Positions 50,551-61,234 of a stretch of DNA of 64,000 nucleotides are shown in pieces (positions within the stretch are counted from its first letter, which is position 1; every line of letters starts with the position of its first letter). The DNA is from an uncultured Methanoregulaceae archaeon (GTDB lineage Archaea > Halobacteriota > Methanomicrobia > Methanomicrobiales > Methanospirillaceae): positions 2,144,001-2,208,000 of the forward strand of contig OY970061.1 in the NCBI GenBank assembly GCA_963705255.1, read 5' to 3'. The notes beneath the pieces were generated by a model, which was not told where the DNA came from, searched no databases, and saw only the letters and a program-made list of their open reading frames with translations. The position numbers were made by a program, and so were the translations under genes.

Positions 50551-51430
50551 TTAATCGTCTGCCAGCAGGCTCTTCCGGTCCCGGACCCGGAGGTTTGCCG
50601 CAAAAGTGCGGGCGAGCAGGGGGTTCACCGTCTGCGGGGGCAGGCCGATGACTGCGGCGGTTTTTCTGGTGAGTTCCATAGGGTCGCGTGAGTTATACCC
50701 GGCACTCGAAAGCACGGCCTCATGGATCGTCTGGAGATATTCAAGTGCCTGGTTCATCTGCCGGTACGCCTCCTCACCTTCCCTCGGCTCGTCCCATGCT
50801 GAGAGAAGAACCTGGATGCCAGGAAGTCCCCGGAGCCGTCTTACTGACTGAACGGATGCGAGGGCATCGTCATAGACCGGCAGATCCCCGGTCACGGGTA
50901 TCACGTCGCCGGAGAAGAGCGCCCCCTCGCTGTGAAGGAAGAGCGAGATGGACCCTGCAGAATGGCCCGGGGTGTGGAACACCTGCATGTCGCACGTCAT
51001 GCAATCATCCGGCTCTATCGAGTCCCCGTCTACAAGTTCGTGATCGAGCTGCACCGATCCTCCGACCAGCGTGGAAAAACCCGGCACCGGCCGCTCGCGG
51101 TTCTGGAGTTCGACATCTTCGATCCACGCCCGTTCAGCCGGGTGTGCCGCAACGCTGCATCCGGTTACCTTTTGGATTGCCCGGGCCGCGCCGATATGGT
51201 CGGGGTGCGAGTGGGTCAGGACGATGAGGGCAATCTCCGAAGGGTCGCGGCCGGTGGACCGGATATACCCGAAGATCTGCGTCTCGCAACCCGCTACTCC
51301 GGTGTCAATGAGGGTGATCGTCTCGCCATAAACGAGGTACCAGGTACACGAACCGGTCAAGTGCGATGCCGGGGCCGACAGGCACCCTGAACGGGTGCCG
51401 GAGTGCATGGATGACCGGGGTGACCTGCAT
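50551..51430 (-). CDS. MBL-fold metallo-hydrolase (frameshift near 51350)
   Basis: LIDTG, THSHPDHIG, TPGHSAGS, LFSGD. Confidence 0.88.
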
Positions 51431-51780
51431 GGGATCTCCTTGTGGGGGAATATTTGGCGGGGAAAGGTATATTGGTGAGGGCTGGGGGATCGGATCGCGT
51501 TTGAAAAAAAGTGGGGGGGTTACCCCCTCCGGAAAAAGTATAGATGGGGGAGGTCAGCGGTTGACCCCCCTCCTCAACCAAGAGTAACGTACGTTTTTGC
51601 GCAGCCGTCACGGCATCGCTTCACGTGGAACTACCGGCGTCAGCAGTAAAAACCGCAAGGTAACCAGAAATGAGTAGGGAATCAGAATTTCCTGAAGGGG
51701 TTGGGGGTACCACCCCTCCGGGTACCGGGTTTTGCCGGGCCCAAAAGGGAGGGGTTGGCAACCTAAAAGAAGAATATCAA

Positions 51781-52449
51781 ATGCGAACCAATCTTTGGTA
51801 CGAGGAGAATTACGGTATGCCAGTAAAAGAACCGATAAGCAAGGTCAACCTTGAACGTCTCACCAACGGCATCTATGCCTTCACTATGACGCTCATGATC
51901 CGGAATATCCAGACCCCCCCGGCCGGCACGCTCATCGACACCGCCTCCCTCTTCCGGTTCATCGACACCACGGTGCTGACCGGCATTGACTTCATCGGGG
52001 CGTTCATCATCCTTGGCATGTTCTGGCTCTTTTACTTCCAGATGTTCCACCGGATGAAAACCTTCGATTACCGGTTCCTCTACATCCACATCTTCTCCCT
52101 CATGATCGTTGTCTTCGTCCCGTTCACCCAGTCCTTTACTTCGGAAAGCACCAATATCAAAGTCGCCGATATCCTGTTCCAGTTCAACTATCTTGCCCTC
52201 AGTATCTTGCTCGTTTATGCATGGAATTATGCCAGCAGGACGAACCCGTCCCTTCTCGTCCCGGAACTGACCGGCCCCGAAGCTTCGTTCCTCATGAAAA
52301 AGTTCCTTGTTCCCCTCGGGGTTGCAGTCCTCGGGATCGTCATCCTCATGTTGGGATTCCCGTTCTTTGACATCCTCTATCTCTTCCCGTTCGTCATCCT
52401 TGCGGTCTTCTTCCGGCATCCCCCGGGCATACCGGAAAAAGTTGTGTGA
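51781..52449 (+). CDS. TMEM175-family (DUF1211) channel protein
   Basis: LERLTNGIYAFTMTL, 6 TM segments. Confidence 0.8.
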   Translation: MRTNLWYEENYGMPVKEPISKVNLERLTNGIYAFTMTLMIRNIQTPPAGTLIDTASLFRFIDTTVLTGIDFIGAFIILGMFWLFYFQMFHRMKTFDYRFLYIHIFSLMIVVFVPFTQSFTSESTNIKVADILFQFNYLALSILLVYAWNYASRTNPSLLVPELTGPEASFLMKKFLVPLGVAVLGIVILMLGFPFFDILYLFPFVILAVFFRHPPGIPEKVV

Positions 52450-52635
52450 GTGGGAATCCCCCCCGGACCCTGTCCTGTATGGCAACTGCCGGAATTACAC
52501 CACTATGCAATGGATTGTCATACTATTGAGAAATATGACATGAATATAGATACCCCTTTATTTCCTGTGGAAACGTTCAGGAATAAAATGGTTGTCTTTG
52601 TACCCGGGACTAATGGAACGCGTACAAAACAGAGA

Positions 52636-52709
52636 TGGGCCCGTCGTGATTCGAACACGAGATCTTCGCCGTGTGAAGGCGACGTCATAGCCAACTAGAC
52701 CACGAGCCC
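52636..52709 (-). tRNA. tRNA-Val(CAC)
   Basis: GGGCTCG...TCGCC-TT-CAC-AC-GGCGA...TCGTG-TTCGAAT-CACGA-CGGGCCCA. Confidence 0.95.
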
Positions 52710-52712
52710 GCA

Positions 52713-52783
52713 TGCATCGACCGGGAATCGAACCCGGGCTATAGGCTTGGAAGGCCTAAGTCATGCCTCTAGACCATCGATGC
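52713..52783 (-). tRNA. tRNA-Gly(TCC)
   Basis: GCATCGA...TAGGC-CT-TCC-AA-GCCTA...CCGGG-TTCGATT-CCCGG-TCGATGCA. Confidence 0.95.
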
Positions 52784-52949
52784 ACTGTGCTCTACAATTT
52801 TGGCGGCGAGCTGTATTAATAATTGTCACCGGCATTCCTGGCCCTGCAGCAGTGTCCCTGGGAAGTCCCCCTGCCGTATTGGGAGTACCCGGACTCATAT
52901 TCATCCGGCAGATAGGTACAATACCGGAAACCTCCTGCAGAGAAATGGA

Positions 52950-53969
52950 TTATTTTTGATGAGCTGCCGGAGGCACCTGCCATTCCGGCACCGCTGCCGC
53001 AACGAACGCGATCAGAGGGCCGATGACCAGTCCCGCCCAGAACACAAGCCCGAGCGCCCCGATCAGCACCAGGAAAACCCGGTTGCGCAGGGAACGCAGG
53101 GCAGGTGATCGTGCCATACGTAGCATCCAGAGTCCCAGCACGATCGGAATGAGTGAAAAGACCAGTGTCACTGCTACAGCGGGAGACGGGCCGGTCATCC
53201 TCAGTGTCCGGCCCATCTGTACAAGGGTGATCGCCGCCCCGCCAAGATAGAACAATCCGGCACAGCTTGCAAGCCAGAACGGAAGTGAGGGCGTATTGCC
53301 CTTCCGGTGTTCACGCCGGGCGATCAGGACCAGGCCGAACACAATCACGGCAAGAAACGGTGCGACGACCGCTATGTCAGACTGCCCCTCCCAGAGGTGC
53401 GTTGAGATCCCATCGACGGGCACAAGAACCCACTCAGCAGGAGTAAACTCCTCCAGGTACCCTACCGTGAGGCTGTACCGGGTTTCGTCAGCCGGGCTGA
53501 TGACCGCGACATAGTAGGTTCCCGGTGCCATGATCTGCTGCGAGTAGTTCGCAACTTCAAAAACTGCACTTGGGGAAAACGGTTCGTAGTCTGCATGGCC
53601 GGGTTTCTGCCCGCTGACAATCACTGCAGCATACCCGGCAGGGATCGTGACCTGTGCTGGAATGCTGGCCAGATCTGCGACCTTTGCGGGACTCATAATG
53701 ATCATCTCCGGTAGAGGCGTGTCATAGCCGGGTGTCATAAGGGAGAGCGAGAGCCGGTCACCGGCCTTCATGCTGAACCGGTAATAGGTTACGTCCCCGG
53801 CACGATGGAGATCGCTATAGATGACATAGGATTTTACCGGGTTTTCCACGGAAAATGCCGCGTTGGCATTGTCGTTATTATCGGCACTGACCGTCACATG
53901 GGCCTGCACCGGCAGGAAAAGGAGGAGGATGAGCAGGAACAGGAGCGGGAGGGACCATCCGCGGATCAT
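52950..53969 (-). CDS. Membrane protein with extracellular domain
   Basis: Signal peptide, YEPFSP motif, C-terminal TM helices. Confidence 0.75.
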   Translation of the reverse strand: MIRGWSLPLLFLLILLLFLPVQAHVTVSADNNDNANAAFSVENPVKSYVIYSDLHRAGDVTYYRFSMKAGDRLSLSLMTPGYDTPLPEMIIMSPAKVADLASIPAQVTIPAGYAAVIVSGQKPGHADYEPFSPSAVFEVANYSQQIMAPGTYYVAVISPADETRYSLTVGYLEEFTPAEWVLVPVDGISTHLWEGQSDIAVVAPFLAVIVFGLVLIARREHRKGNTPSLPFWLASCAGLFYLGGAAITLVQMGRTLRMTGPSPAVAVTLVFSLIPIVLGLWMLRMARSPALRSLRNRVFLVLIGALGLVFWAGLVIGPLIAFVAAAVPEWQVPPAAHQK

Positions 53970-54111
53970 AGTGAGAGCGTCGTCTATGGTACCATATAAA
54001 CCTGAACGATGCAAGCCCGGGCGGTACGACACCGGTTATCACCGATGGAAACTGCATGAACCGTGTACGGTGCAGTCAGCGCAGGGAAAAAAGTATCGGT
54101 ATCCGGGGTTA

Positions 54112-54997
54112 TCAGAATCCGCGGAGTTCAGCCTCGACTTTCTCGAGGTTGGCGATCCGCTTTTCAAGCGGCGGGTGGGTGGAGAACAGTTCCATGATCG
54201 TGTTGCCTGAAAGTGCCGGAATGATAAAAAACGCATTCGCGCCCTCCACTTTGGCCTTTGCCTGGACCGGGACCATGTCCATCCTGCCGCTGATCTTGTT
54301 CAGCGCGGAGATGAGCGCACGGGGATTTTTCGTTATGAGTGCGCTGCCCCGGTCTGCAGCAAATTCGCGGTAGCGCGAGAGCGCGAGGATGAGCAGGGTG
54401 CTGACCGCATACACGATGATCGAGACGATCCAGATGATGACCCCTGCCCCGCCGTTCTTCTGGTTGTTACCCCCGAAGAGCGCGGAGAAGAAGAAGCTCT
54501 GCATGATCATCGCGGCGATCATCGCAATAAAACTGGCGAGCGTCATGGTCAGGATATCGCGGTTCTTCACATGCGAGAGCTCGTGGGCGAGAACTGCCTC
54601 GAGTTCATCCTTGTTCAGGAGGCGCATGATCGAATCCGTGCACGCCACGACCGCATGCTTCGGGCTCCTGCCGGTGGCAAACGCGTTTGGGACCGGGCTC
54701 TGCATGATCGCGATCTTCGGCATGGGAAGGTCAGACCTCTTTACAGAGTTTCTCAACGGTCCGGTGGAGGTCGGGATATTCGTCCTCTGCTATGATGCGT
54801 GCCCCTGTTGTCCAGAGCACCATCCTGTCAGAGAAGAAGTACTGGACCAGTCCTATCCCAACTGCAAGGAGGACTATCAGCCAGTACCCGGCTCCGAACG
54901 CCAATAGCACCGTCATGAAGACAAGGTAGAGTATCAGCAGCAATAATCCTGTCAGCCAGACTCTGGCCGTCAGCCCCCAGTCACGTTTCCATTCCAT
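54112..54997 (-). CDS. htpX: Zinc metalloprotease HtpX (frameshift near 54735)
   Basis: PNAFATGR, AHELSH, SRYREFAAD, STHPP. Confidence 0.93.
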
Positions 54998-55179
54998 AGT
55001 TGGTACATGTTTGAAACCCCGCGCTCTTAAACCATTCGACAATTACAATACACGGCGTCATTTCAACGTCATTCCGGACCTTTTCTCCAGACTTTCAAAC
55101 CGTGGAAGTGGAAAAATAAGCACCCTGATCGCAGGATCAATACAGAAACTATTTTTTTGCTGACACCAGACGGGTACTC

Positions 55180-55830
55180 ATGGCTGAAGTCGATCCCGAA
55201 GCGCTGGCTGACGTGGCATACGGCATCTTCGAGCACCTCCTGAACCGCGGGCTGCAGGCAGAAGGAAGATACCTGTACGCACTGGTAGAAGGAGGCCTTG
55301 ACTTCAGAGCGGATCTCTCCGCGATTTTCGGGAAATTCAAAGAAGAGTACCCCCAGCTCGGAGATGCCATGCTGAACCGGTTCTCAGGCCTCGATACCAT
55401 CTACCAGATGCTCTGCAGTGGTGAAGGTGTCGTTCCCTCTAAGACCACGCAGATGTACTGGGTCGTGCTGGACGCTCCCGGCAGTGCGCCCGAAGCCATC
55501 GAAGACGAGAAGGCGGGGAAATGGCTCATCTTCCAGGAACCGGATCAGGTGGATGCGGCCTGGAAAAAGGTGCGTGACGCTACGGTTGCTCTCGAACTTG
55601 GGATCTCCGCCAAGGTAAGCACGGCAAAACCCAATCCCGACTCCCGCGACAACCGCAAAGTCATCTATGTCTACACAAAAGACTGGGCCGATGAGAGCGA
55701 TGTAATGAGGGTGCGGGAAAAACTCCGTGAGCTGGGCTTTGTCGACCGCATCGGGTACAAGCGTAACATCGAGACATTCGCCGGGGAATATGCCAAGAAA
55801 GGCAAGCGGGTCACATATTACTCGGCATAA
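55180..55830 (+). CDS. DUF1917-like protein
   Basis: GKWLIF, AKVST, VIYVYTKDW, YKRNIET. Confidence 0.8.
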   Translation: MAEVDPEALADVAYGIFEHLLNRGLQAEGRYLYALVEGGLDFRADLSAIFGKFKEEYPQLGDAMLNRFSGLDTIYQMLCSGEGVVPSKTTQMYWVVLDAPGSAPEAIEDEKAGKWLIFQEPDQVDAAWKKVRDATVALELGISAKVSTAKPNPDSRDNRKVIYVYTKDWADESDVMRVREKLRELGFVDRIGYKRNIETFAGEYAKKGKRVTYYSA

Positions 55831-55918
55831 ATGTCGGAAAACTCCTCTTTTTGTTTTTTGGGTTCTGTTGAAATCCTATTTTTCTGATCATTTGCTTGTA
55901 TTCTGTTGCGGCTAGGAT

Positions 55919-56149
55919 GGTGACCCCCCTCCGTCAAGTCGAAGAACTCTGACGAGTTCTTCTCCAGCCTGCTCTTCCCTTCGGGAACAGCAGTCTCCCC
56001 AGAGGGGGAGGCATCCCAAGGGGAGCATCCCCTTGAATCTCTGAGAGGTTTTCAGACTTCGAAGAGGAGAAGATTTACAAAGTAAATCTTCGACCCCTTT
56101 TTTTCGGGTTTTTTCATCAACCTTCTGGGGAACTATCCCAATATGGGGG
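55919..56149. repeat. MITE/REPIN-like intergenic element, copy B
   Basis: GGTGACCCCCC...GTCGAAGAACTCTGACGAGTTC...CCCCTTGAATCTCTGAGAGG...GTAAATCTTCGAC shared with copy A. Confidence 0.8.
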
Positions 56150-56770
56150 ATGCAGCCATTGCCAAAGGCATGGCAGACCCCAAGAGCGACTGCTTGTCTC
56201 TCTGAGGATTTCAACAAAGCCGTTTTTAGGTATAATCCGGTGCTATAGGTAGTATCCGGTTTTCCCGCTTGGTCCCTTTCTGCAGATGCCAGCCAGATCA
56301 AGGTTTTAAATCTCGTTAAATCCTTCGTAATCTCTTTAAGATTTGTCTCTCCCCCGAGTGATGGTGGTTTGTATTCAATTGCACCTTCCGCCGAAAAATT
56401 GTCTTCGGAAACCGGAACTCCTACTGTCCTGCCGATGCCTAGCTCGATAACGTCACCAAAGGGATTAGCCAACCTCTCTTTGACATCGATCCCGGCTGTC
56501 GAAAGTACCGGGGGAACCCGGATAAAAAGGCCGTGAAAAATTCGGGAAAAACAAAAAAAGACGTATAGATTTGTTTGATTACGCTTTTCGTTCCTTGTTC
56601 TTGGGGCGCAGGTTCTGATAGCCGCACTTGCGGCAGCTGGTTGCGCGGATTGCATTGCGTGCATTGCAATGCATGCATATCTTCACGTTGAGTAACCGGG
56701 CTTCGGCTTCGGGGAACTTTGCCATTATTGAACACTCCTGTCTGCCCTTATAACAAAGCTGTAAGACTTC

Positions 56771-57340
56771 TTAACCGTTTGTGTCAATGGCCGCCCGGTA
56801 TTCAGCCACGAACCAGTCACGGAAAGCGGCAAGTGCACGGGTACGGTGGGACATCGTGCTTTTCTCTTCAATGGGGAGCTCGGCAAGCGTCTTTCCTCCG
56901 ACTTCGAAGATCGGATCATAGCCAAACCCCCCGGTCCCACGCAGGGCATACGTTATCCGCCCTTCGATGGTTCCTTTGAAAACCCGAACCCCCTCTTCAC
57001 CAGCAAACGCGATGGCAGTGATGAACCGGGCAGTGCGATCCGTTTTCCCTTCCATCAGCTTAAGAATACCTGCATTCCCGATCGAATGCAGGGCGTACGC
57101 TGCATAGGGTCCGGGAAACCCGGAGAGAGCATCGATGAAAAGACCGGTATCGTCAACAAGAATGGGGGTTTTCAGCCGCTCGTAGGCATACTGCGCCTTG
57201 CCCCGGGCGATCTCACCCACGTCGTCAGAGTGGTGCTCGGGTATTGCAAGGGCAACATGGGCAACTTCGACTAATCCCCCGAAAAATGCTGCAACTTCTT
57301 TCGCTTTCCCCTCGTTGCTGGTTACCATTGTTACCTTCAC
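56771..57340 (-). CDS. rdgB: Non-canonical purine NTP pyrophosphatase (HAM1)
   Basis: TSN.GK, DDTGL, FPGPY, GFGYDPIF, SHR. Confidence 0.93.
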   Translation of the reverse strand: MKVTMVTSNEGKAKEVAAFFGGLVEVAHVALAIPEHHSDDVGEIARGKAQYAYERLKTPILVDDTGLFIDALSGFPGPYAAYALHSIGNAGILKLMEGKTDRTARFITAIAFAGEEGVRVFKGTIEGRITYALRGTGGFGYDPIFEVGGKTLAELPIEEKSTMSHRTRALAAFRDWFVAEYRAAIDTNG

Positions 57341-58920
57341 AGGTATCTCCCCCGCAGTTCGATCTCGTGCTCCCGGGCAATGACATCACCGGCGCCGGTA
57401 AACGTTTCGGCGTATCCCTTCGCAAATGCATCTTTCAGGGATGCAGCACGATCAGGTGCCGTGCTCTCAAACGTCTGGTACATGACGTGGAGGTCCACCC
57501 CCCGCTGCTCGATCTCCGTTGTCACTTGTGCGAGACCGAAATCGATCAGCACGCATTTCCCGTCGCTCTGGCGCAGGATCAGGTTGCTCGTGGTCAGGTC
57601 ACCGTGCATGATGCCTGCCGCGTGAAGCCGGCCGACCATCCTCCCGGCTTCGCGGGCATTCACATCCGTAAGATCCCGGGTGAGGAGTATACCGGTGATC
57701 TGTTCCATAACGATAGTGTCTGCCATGATATCCCGTATGACTGGTGTCGGAACGCCGCCTTTTCGTGCAGCATGGATGAGACGTGCTTCAGCACGTGTCC
57801 GCTCGCTGATCAGGCGTTTGTCGAGTGCAGGCACCCGGTACCGTTTCGGGACACGGCGTTTCTCTGCAAAACCGTCCCGGAACGTAACGATTGCTTCAGC
57901 GCCACGTCGTGATGTTCCATCGGAATCATGAACCGCTGAGGAAGAACGGGCCAGGTCCTGCCTCCAGGTAACCTCCACCTCATCAGAGCGGAAGGAGGGA
58001 TTGATCTGCGATGATTCAACGGGAAAGGAAACCCCGCTTTCGAGCATGAGTTTCCCGGTGTAAGCGATCATCGCCCCGTTGTCCCCGAGGTATTTCTGCT
58101 CGGGTACAAAGAACCGTGCCCCCCGGTCCTCGCACATCACTCTCAGCATTTCCTGCAGCCGCCGGTTTGCCCCGACACCCCCGACAAGGAGTACTTCATT
58201 CTTTCCGGCAAGCGACATCGCCCTCTCAGTAACTTCCACGCACATTGCAAACGCGGTCTCCTGCAGGCTGTAGCAGACATCGGGGAGTGGTGCCCTGCAG
58301 TCCTTTGCAGCGGATATCAGCCCGGAGAAGGCGAGGTCCATACCCTTGACCGTGTAGGGCAATTCGATATAGCTCCCGTCTTTTGCCTGTGTTTCGATGA
58401 TCGGGCCGCCGGGATGTGGGAAATCTTTCGCTCGCGCGAATTTGTCGAGCGCATTTCCGATCCCGATATCGAGCGTTTCGCCAAAGATCCTGTACCGCCC
58501 GTTCAGGTACCCGATTACCTGGGTATTGGCCCCGCTCGCATACAGGACAACCGGGTCCCTGCATCCGGTTGCATAGCACCCGATCTCCACATGGGCAACG
58601 CAGTGGTTAACACCTACCAGGGGGACATCAAGGGCGAGCGCAAGCGATCGTGCAGCCGTAGCGACGGTCCTGAGGCATGGCCCGAGGCCCGGCCCCTGTG
58701 AGAATGCGATACCGGTAATCTTTTCCGGTTCCCTGAGCACCGACCCGATGAGATCTTTCATGACGAGCGCGTGGTGCTGCGCTGCCTCGCGCGGGTGGAT
58801 ACCTCCCTGTGCAGGGCTGTACGGGTGTGAAGCAAGAGATACGAGATCCCGGTCAAAAACAGCGGCGCTGAGGTTCCAGGCAGTCCCCTCAATCCCGAGT
58901 ATCTGCCCAAAAGCAGGCAT
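57337..58920 (-). CDS. Bifunctional Kae1-Bud32 (t6A synthesis)
   Basis: GIEGTA, GPGLGP, HCVAH, DNGAMIA, then GAEA, HGDLTTSN, IDFGL. Confidence 0.95.
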   Translation of the reverse strand: MPAFGQILGIEGTAWNLSAAVFDRDLVSLASHPYSPAQGGIHPREAAQHHALVMKDLIGSVLREPEKITGIAFSQGPGLGPCLRTVATAARSLALALDVPLVGVNHCVAHVEIGCYATGCRDPVVLYASGANTQVIGYLNGRYRIFGETLDIGIGNALDKFARAKDFPHPGGPIIETQAKDGSYIELPYTVKGMDLAFSGLISAAKDCRAPLPDVCYSLQETAFAMCVEVTERAMSLAGKNEVLLVGGVGANRRLQEMLRVMCEDRGARFFVPEQKYLGDNGAMIAYTGKLMLESGVSFPVESSQINPSFRSDEVEVTWRQDLARSSSAVHDSDGTSRRGAEAIVTFRDGFAEKRRVPKRYRVPALDKRLISERTRAEARLIHAARKGGVPTPVIRDIMADTIVMEQITGILLTRDLTDVNAREAGRMVGRLHAAGIMHGDLTTSNLILRQSDGKCVLIDFGLAQVTTEIEQRGVDLHVMYQTFESTAPDRAASLKDAFAKGYAETFTGAGDVIAREHEIELRGRYL

Positions 58921-58926
58921 TGATGG

Positions 58927-59112
58927 TTATTTTCTGAATTCAGTATATCCGCACTTGCCGCAGGTTGTCCGGTCCTTGTGGTCCGCCATCATGACACCGG
59001 GTCCGCAGCGCGGGCAGTATTTCTTTGACGTGGTGACCTTTGTGCCTTCAACCTTGAAGTGCGAGCCCCTATTGGGTCCCTTCGCCGCTGCCGCTTTCTT
59101 TGCTGCCGCCAT
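58927..59112 (-). CDS. rps27ae: 30S ribosomal protein S27ae
   Basis: [21 protein letters not shown]. Confidence 0.95.
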   Translation of the reverse strand: MAAAKKAAAAKGPNRGSHFKVEGTKVTTSKKYCPRCGPGVMMADHKDRTTCGKCGYTEFRK

Positions 59113-59114
59113 TC

Positions 59115-59414
59115 TTACGCAGCTCCCTCTTCCTTAGGCTTGGGCTGGCCGCGCGCTGCGAGGTGCGGGCGCTCGGTCTTGTTCCTGCCTTCTTCTGAAT
59201 CATAGATTCGTGCCGAACCGGTAATTTCTGTTTTGCCAAAACTGCTGTGCAGCGTATCAAGGGTGATCTGGTGCTCTTTCACATTGAGCAGGGCACAGAG
59301 TTTGCCGATAATCTGCATGCGGGAGGGGGTTGCACCATCGTATTTGAGGGTAAACTGAACCTCTCTTCTGGATAAAAGTTCATTCTTTTTATCACTGGTG
59401 ATCTCAAAGTCCAT
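59115..59414 (-). CDS. rps24e: 30S ribosomal protein S24e
   Basis: [16 protein letters not shown]......ARIY. Confidence 0.95.
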   Translation of the reverse strand: MDFEITSDKKNELLSRREVQFTLKYDGATPSRMQIIGKLCALLNVKEHQITLDTLHSSFGKTEITGSARIYDSEEGRNKTERPHLAARGQPKPKEEGAA

Positions 59415-59480
59415 CGATATCCTGTAATTATTGGGAACCGGGTTATTTAAAATATGACCTTTGTCACAAGCCCCAAGCGC

Positions 59481-60011
59481 TCATATATCATCCGTTAACC
59501 CGCCCGGGGCAGTTAACTCTATTTCCCGGTCCCGGGTAAAATGCTCAAGAAAGTGCCGCGCGGTCTTTCGGGCTTCAGGTGTGACGGTACGCATGACAAC
59601 ACCTTCATGCGGCTGCCCGTACAGCACGATTCCTCCGGCCGGGGCGGCGAGCACCATGGGTATTACCGCAAGGTCTTCCTCACCGTCCACGAGGATCGTT
59701 GCCGGCGGGTGGGCAACAGCATGATCGATTGCACGGATCAGGTCATCCGTCAGCGATCCCGCAGGATTTTTTACCTGGATGCATTCCCCGGTAAGTTCCG
59801 GCATCCTGCTGCAGGGAGATCGCATGGTATATCCATCGACAACCGCGACAACTGGCCTGATACCGTTCTTCTGGAGATTATGGGTGACGACATCTCCGAC
59901 AGCGTATACAGGGTTGAGCGCGAGCACCGGGAGGATCTCCTCAATGTTCTTGTGCAGTTCCCCGAATGGTTCCTTGAAGAGCCTGCGGTGCTCTTCGGGA
60001 AGCTTGAGCAT
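59481..60011 (-). CDS. GTP-dependent dephospho-CoA kinase (DUF359)
   Basis: VGDVVT, NPAG, VDGEEDL, YGQP.EG. Confidence 0.9.
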   Translation of the reverse strand: MLKLPEEHRRLFKEPFGELHKNIEEILPVLALNPVYAVGDVVTHNLQKNGIRPVVAVVDGYTMRSPCSRMPELTGECIQVKNPAGSLTDDLIRAIDHAVAHPPATILVDGEEDLAVIPMVLAAPAGGIVLYGQPHEGVVMRTVTPEARKTARHFLEHFTRDREIELTAPGGLTDDI

Positions 60012-60217
60012 CAGCGGACCTTCAGCGCATAACGGCCCGGCAGCTTGATATTCATTCGTTTTGCCACTTCGGAATTTTCCGGGTCAATGATAACAAGGTA
60101 GCCGGACCAGTCCTCGCTCAGGTTTGTTGTCCCGCAGACTACGCAGTTCTCACCTTCCACGACCCTGTGGCAGTCGCGGCAGACCTTTCCCTGTTTCTTC
60201 TTATTCGCCGGCGGCAT
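60011..60217 (-). CDS. spt4: Transcription elongation factor Spt4
   Basis: CRDC..CVVCG, DWSGYLVIIDP, PGRYALKV. Confidence 0.95.
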   Translation of the reverse strand: MPPANKKKQGKVCRDCHRVVEGENCVVCGTTNLSEDWSGYLVIIDPENSEVAKRMNIKLPGRYALKVR

Positions 60218-60842
60218 GCTCCTTCCTCTTGCTCTTTGCTTTCTCCGGCGCCCGTTCCTTTACGGGAACGGATGGCTGATTTGCTTTCTCTTTTTCCTTG
60301 TTCATCTCTTCTTCGAGCCAGAGCGCAGTGCCAAGTCCGGCCTGCCTCATCGTAAGTCCGATCTTGCTGTCGCGTGGTTCCCGTTCATTCAGGGAGAGGG
60401 TCACGACACGGACGCGGACAACGTCCCCCACCCCGATAAAGCGTTTGGATTCCTGGCAGATGAGACGTGCGTTCTTCTCATCGTAGTTGATGTATTCGTC
60501 CGAGATCTGGCTCACGTGCAGCATCGCATCGATAGGTCCGAGGCTGATAAATGCCCCGAAACTTGTCGTTTCGACAACAACTCCTTCTATTACCTCCTGC
60601 AACGCGAGCCTGAGCACCATCGCTTCAAACTTGACATCGTAATAAACACCGCCGTCACCGGGTACGAGTTCGCCTTCCCCGACGTCCTGCACCTTAGTTA
60701 CGCATATAAATATCCCGATCTCTTTGTCGATACTGCCCTCGAGCTGCTCCTGCAGGACATCGAGTATGACTTTTTCGAGTTTTTCGCCCAGCCTCTGGGG
60801 TGGCACCCTGACTTTATCCTCAAGCATCAGTTTATGGTACAT
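60201..60842 (-). CDS. rpoE1: RNA polymerase subunit E' (Rpo7)
   Basis: VRVPP, GDGGVYY, FGAFI.LGP.DAMLHVSQI, KIGLTMRQ. Confidence 0.95.
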   Translation of the reverse strand: MYHKLMLEDKVRVPPQRLGEKLEKVILDVLQEQLEGSIDKEIGIFICVTKVQDVGEGELVPGDGGVYYDVKFEAMVLRLALQEVIEGVVVETTSFGAFISLGPIDAMLHVSQISDEYINYDEKNARLICQESKRFIGVGDVVRVRVVTLSLNEREPRDSKIGLTMRQAGLGTALWLEEEMNKEKEKANQPSVPVKERAPEKAKSKRKEHAAGE

Positions 60843-60850
60843 ACTTCATC

Positions 60851-61234
60851 TTATCTCCGCAATATCTCCAGTTTTTTCTGCTTTCTCAATGATATGACAC
60901 TTATCCCGCGTGCGATCAACGCATCCCTGATGCGCCGGTCGTTCGTGACCACCATACACCCGTTCTGAGCTGCATATTCGATCACTTGGGCATCGACCGT
61001 TCCGGATTTCAGATCCCCGTTCTTCGCAACCGTGCACTTTTCACCGAATGCCAGGCCGCACCTTGCCGCCGCACCATCCCGGCCCTTCGCCCTGCTGAGA
61101 CCCTCGAGCTCTCTCAGCACGCCGGGAAGCACGAGCGGTTCGAACCCCCCGAGAAGCATGCGGAGCTCATCGAAGAGATCGATCTGGAACTGGACCGGCA
61201 TCATCAGGGCGTTGGCATCCAGGAGGACTTTCAC
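60851..61234 (-). CDS. PIN-domain (Fcf1-like) protein
   Basis: VLLDANALM, VD, VVTND; conserved position after eIF2 gamma. Confidence 0.88.
   Translation of the reverse strand: MKVLLDANALMMPVQFQIDLFDELRMLLGGFEPLVLPGVLRELEGLSRAKGRDGAAARCGLAFGEKCTVAKNGDLKSGTVDAQVIEYAAQNGCMVVTNDRRIRDALIARGISVISLRKQKKLEILRR

Noticed and set aside
51480-51760. G/C-rich hairpins (GGGGGGTTACCCCCT etc.) as an ncRNA
   Set aside because: Short low-complexity dyads with no second full copy or recognisable RNA motif in the window; insufficient support.
55912-56664. 250-aa ORF on the minus strand
   Set aside because: Runs through the MITE-like repeat and low-complexity intergenic DNA with no recognisable motifs; probably spurious.
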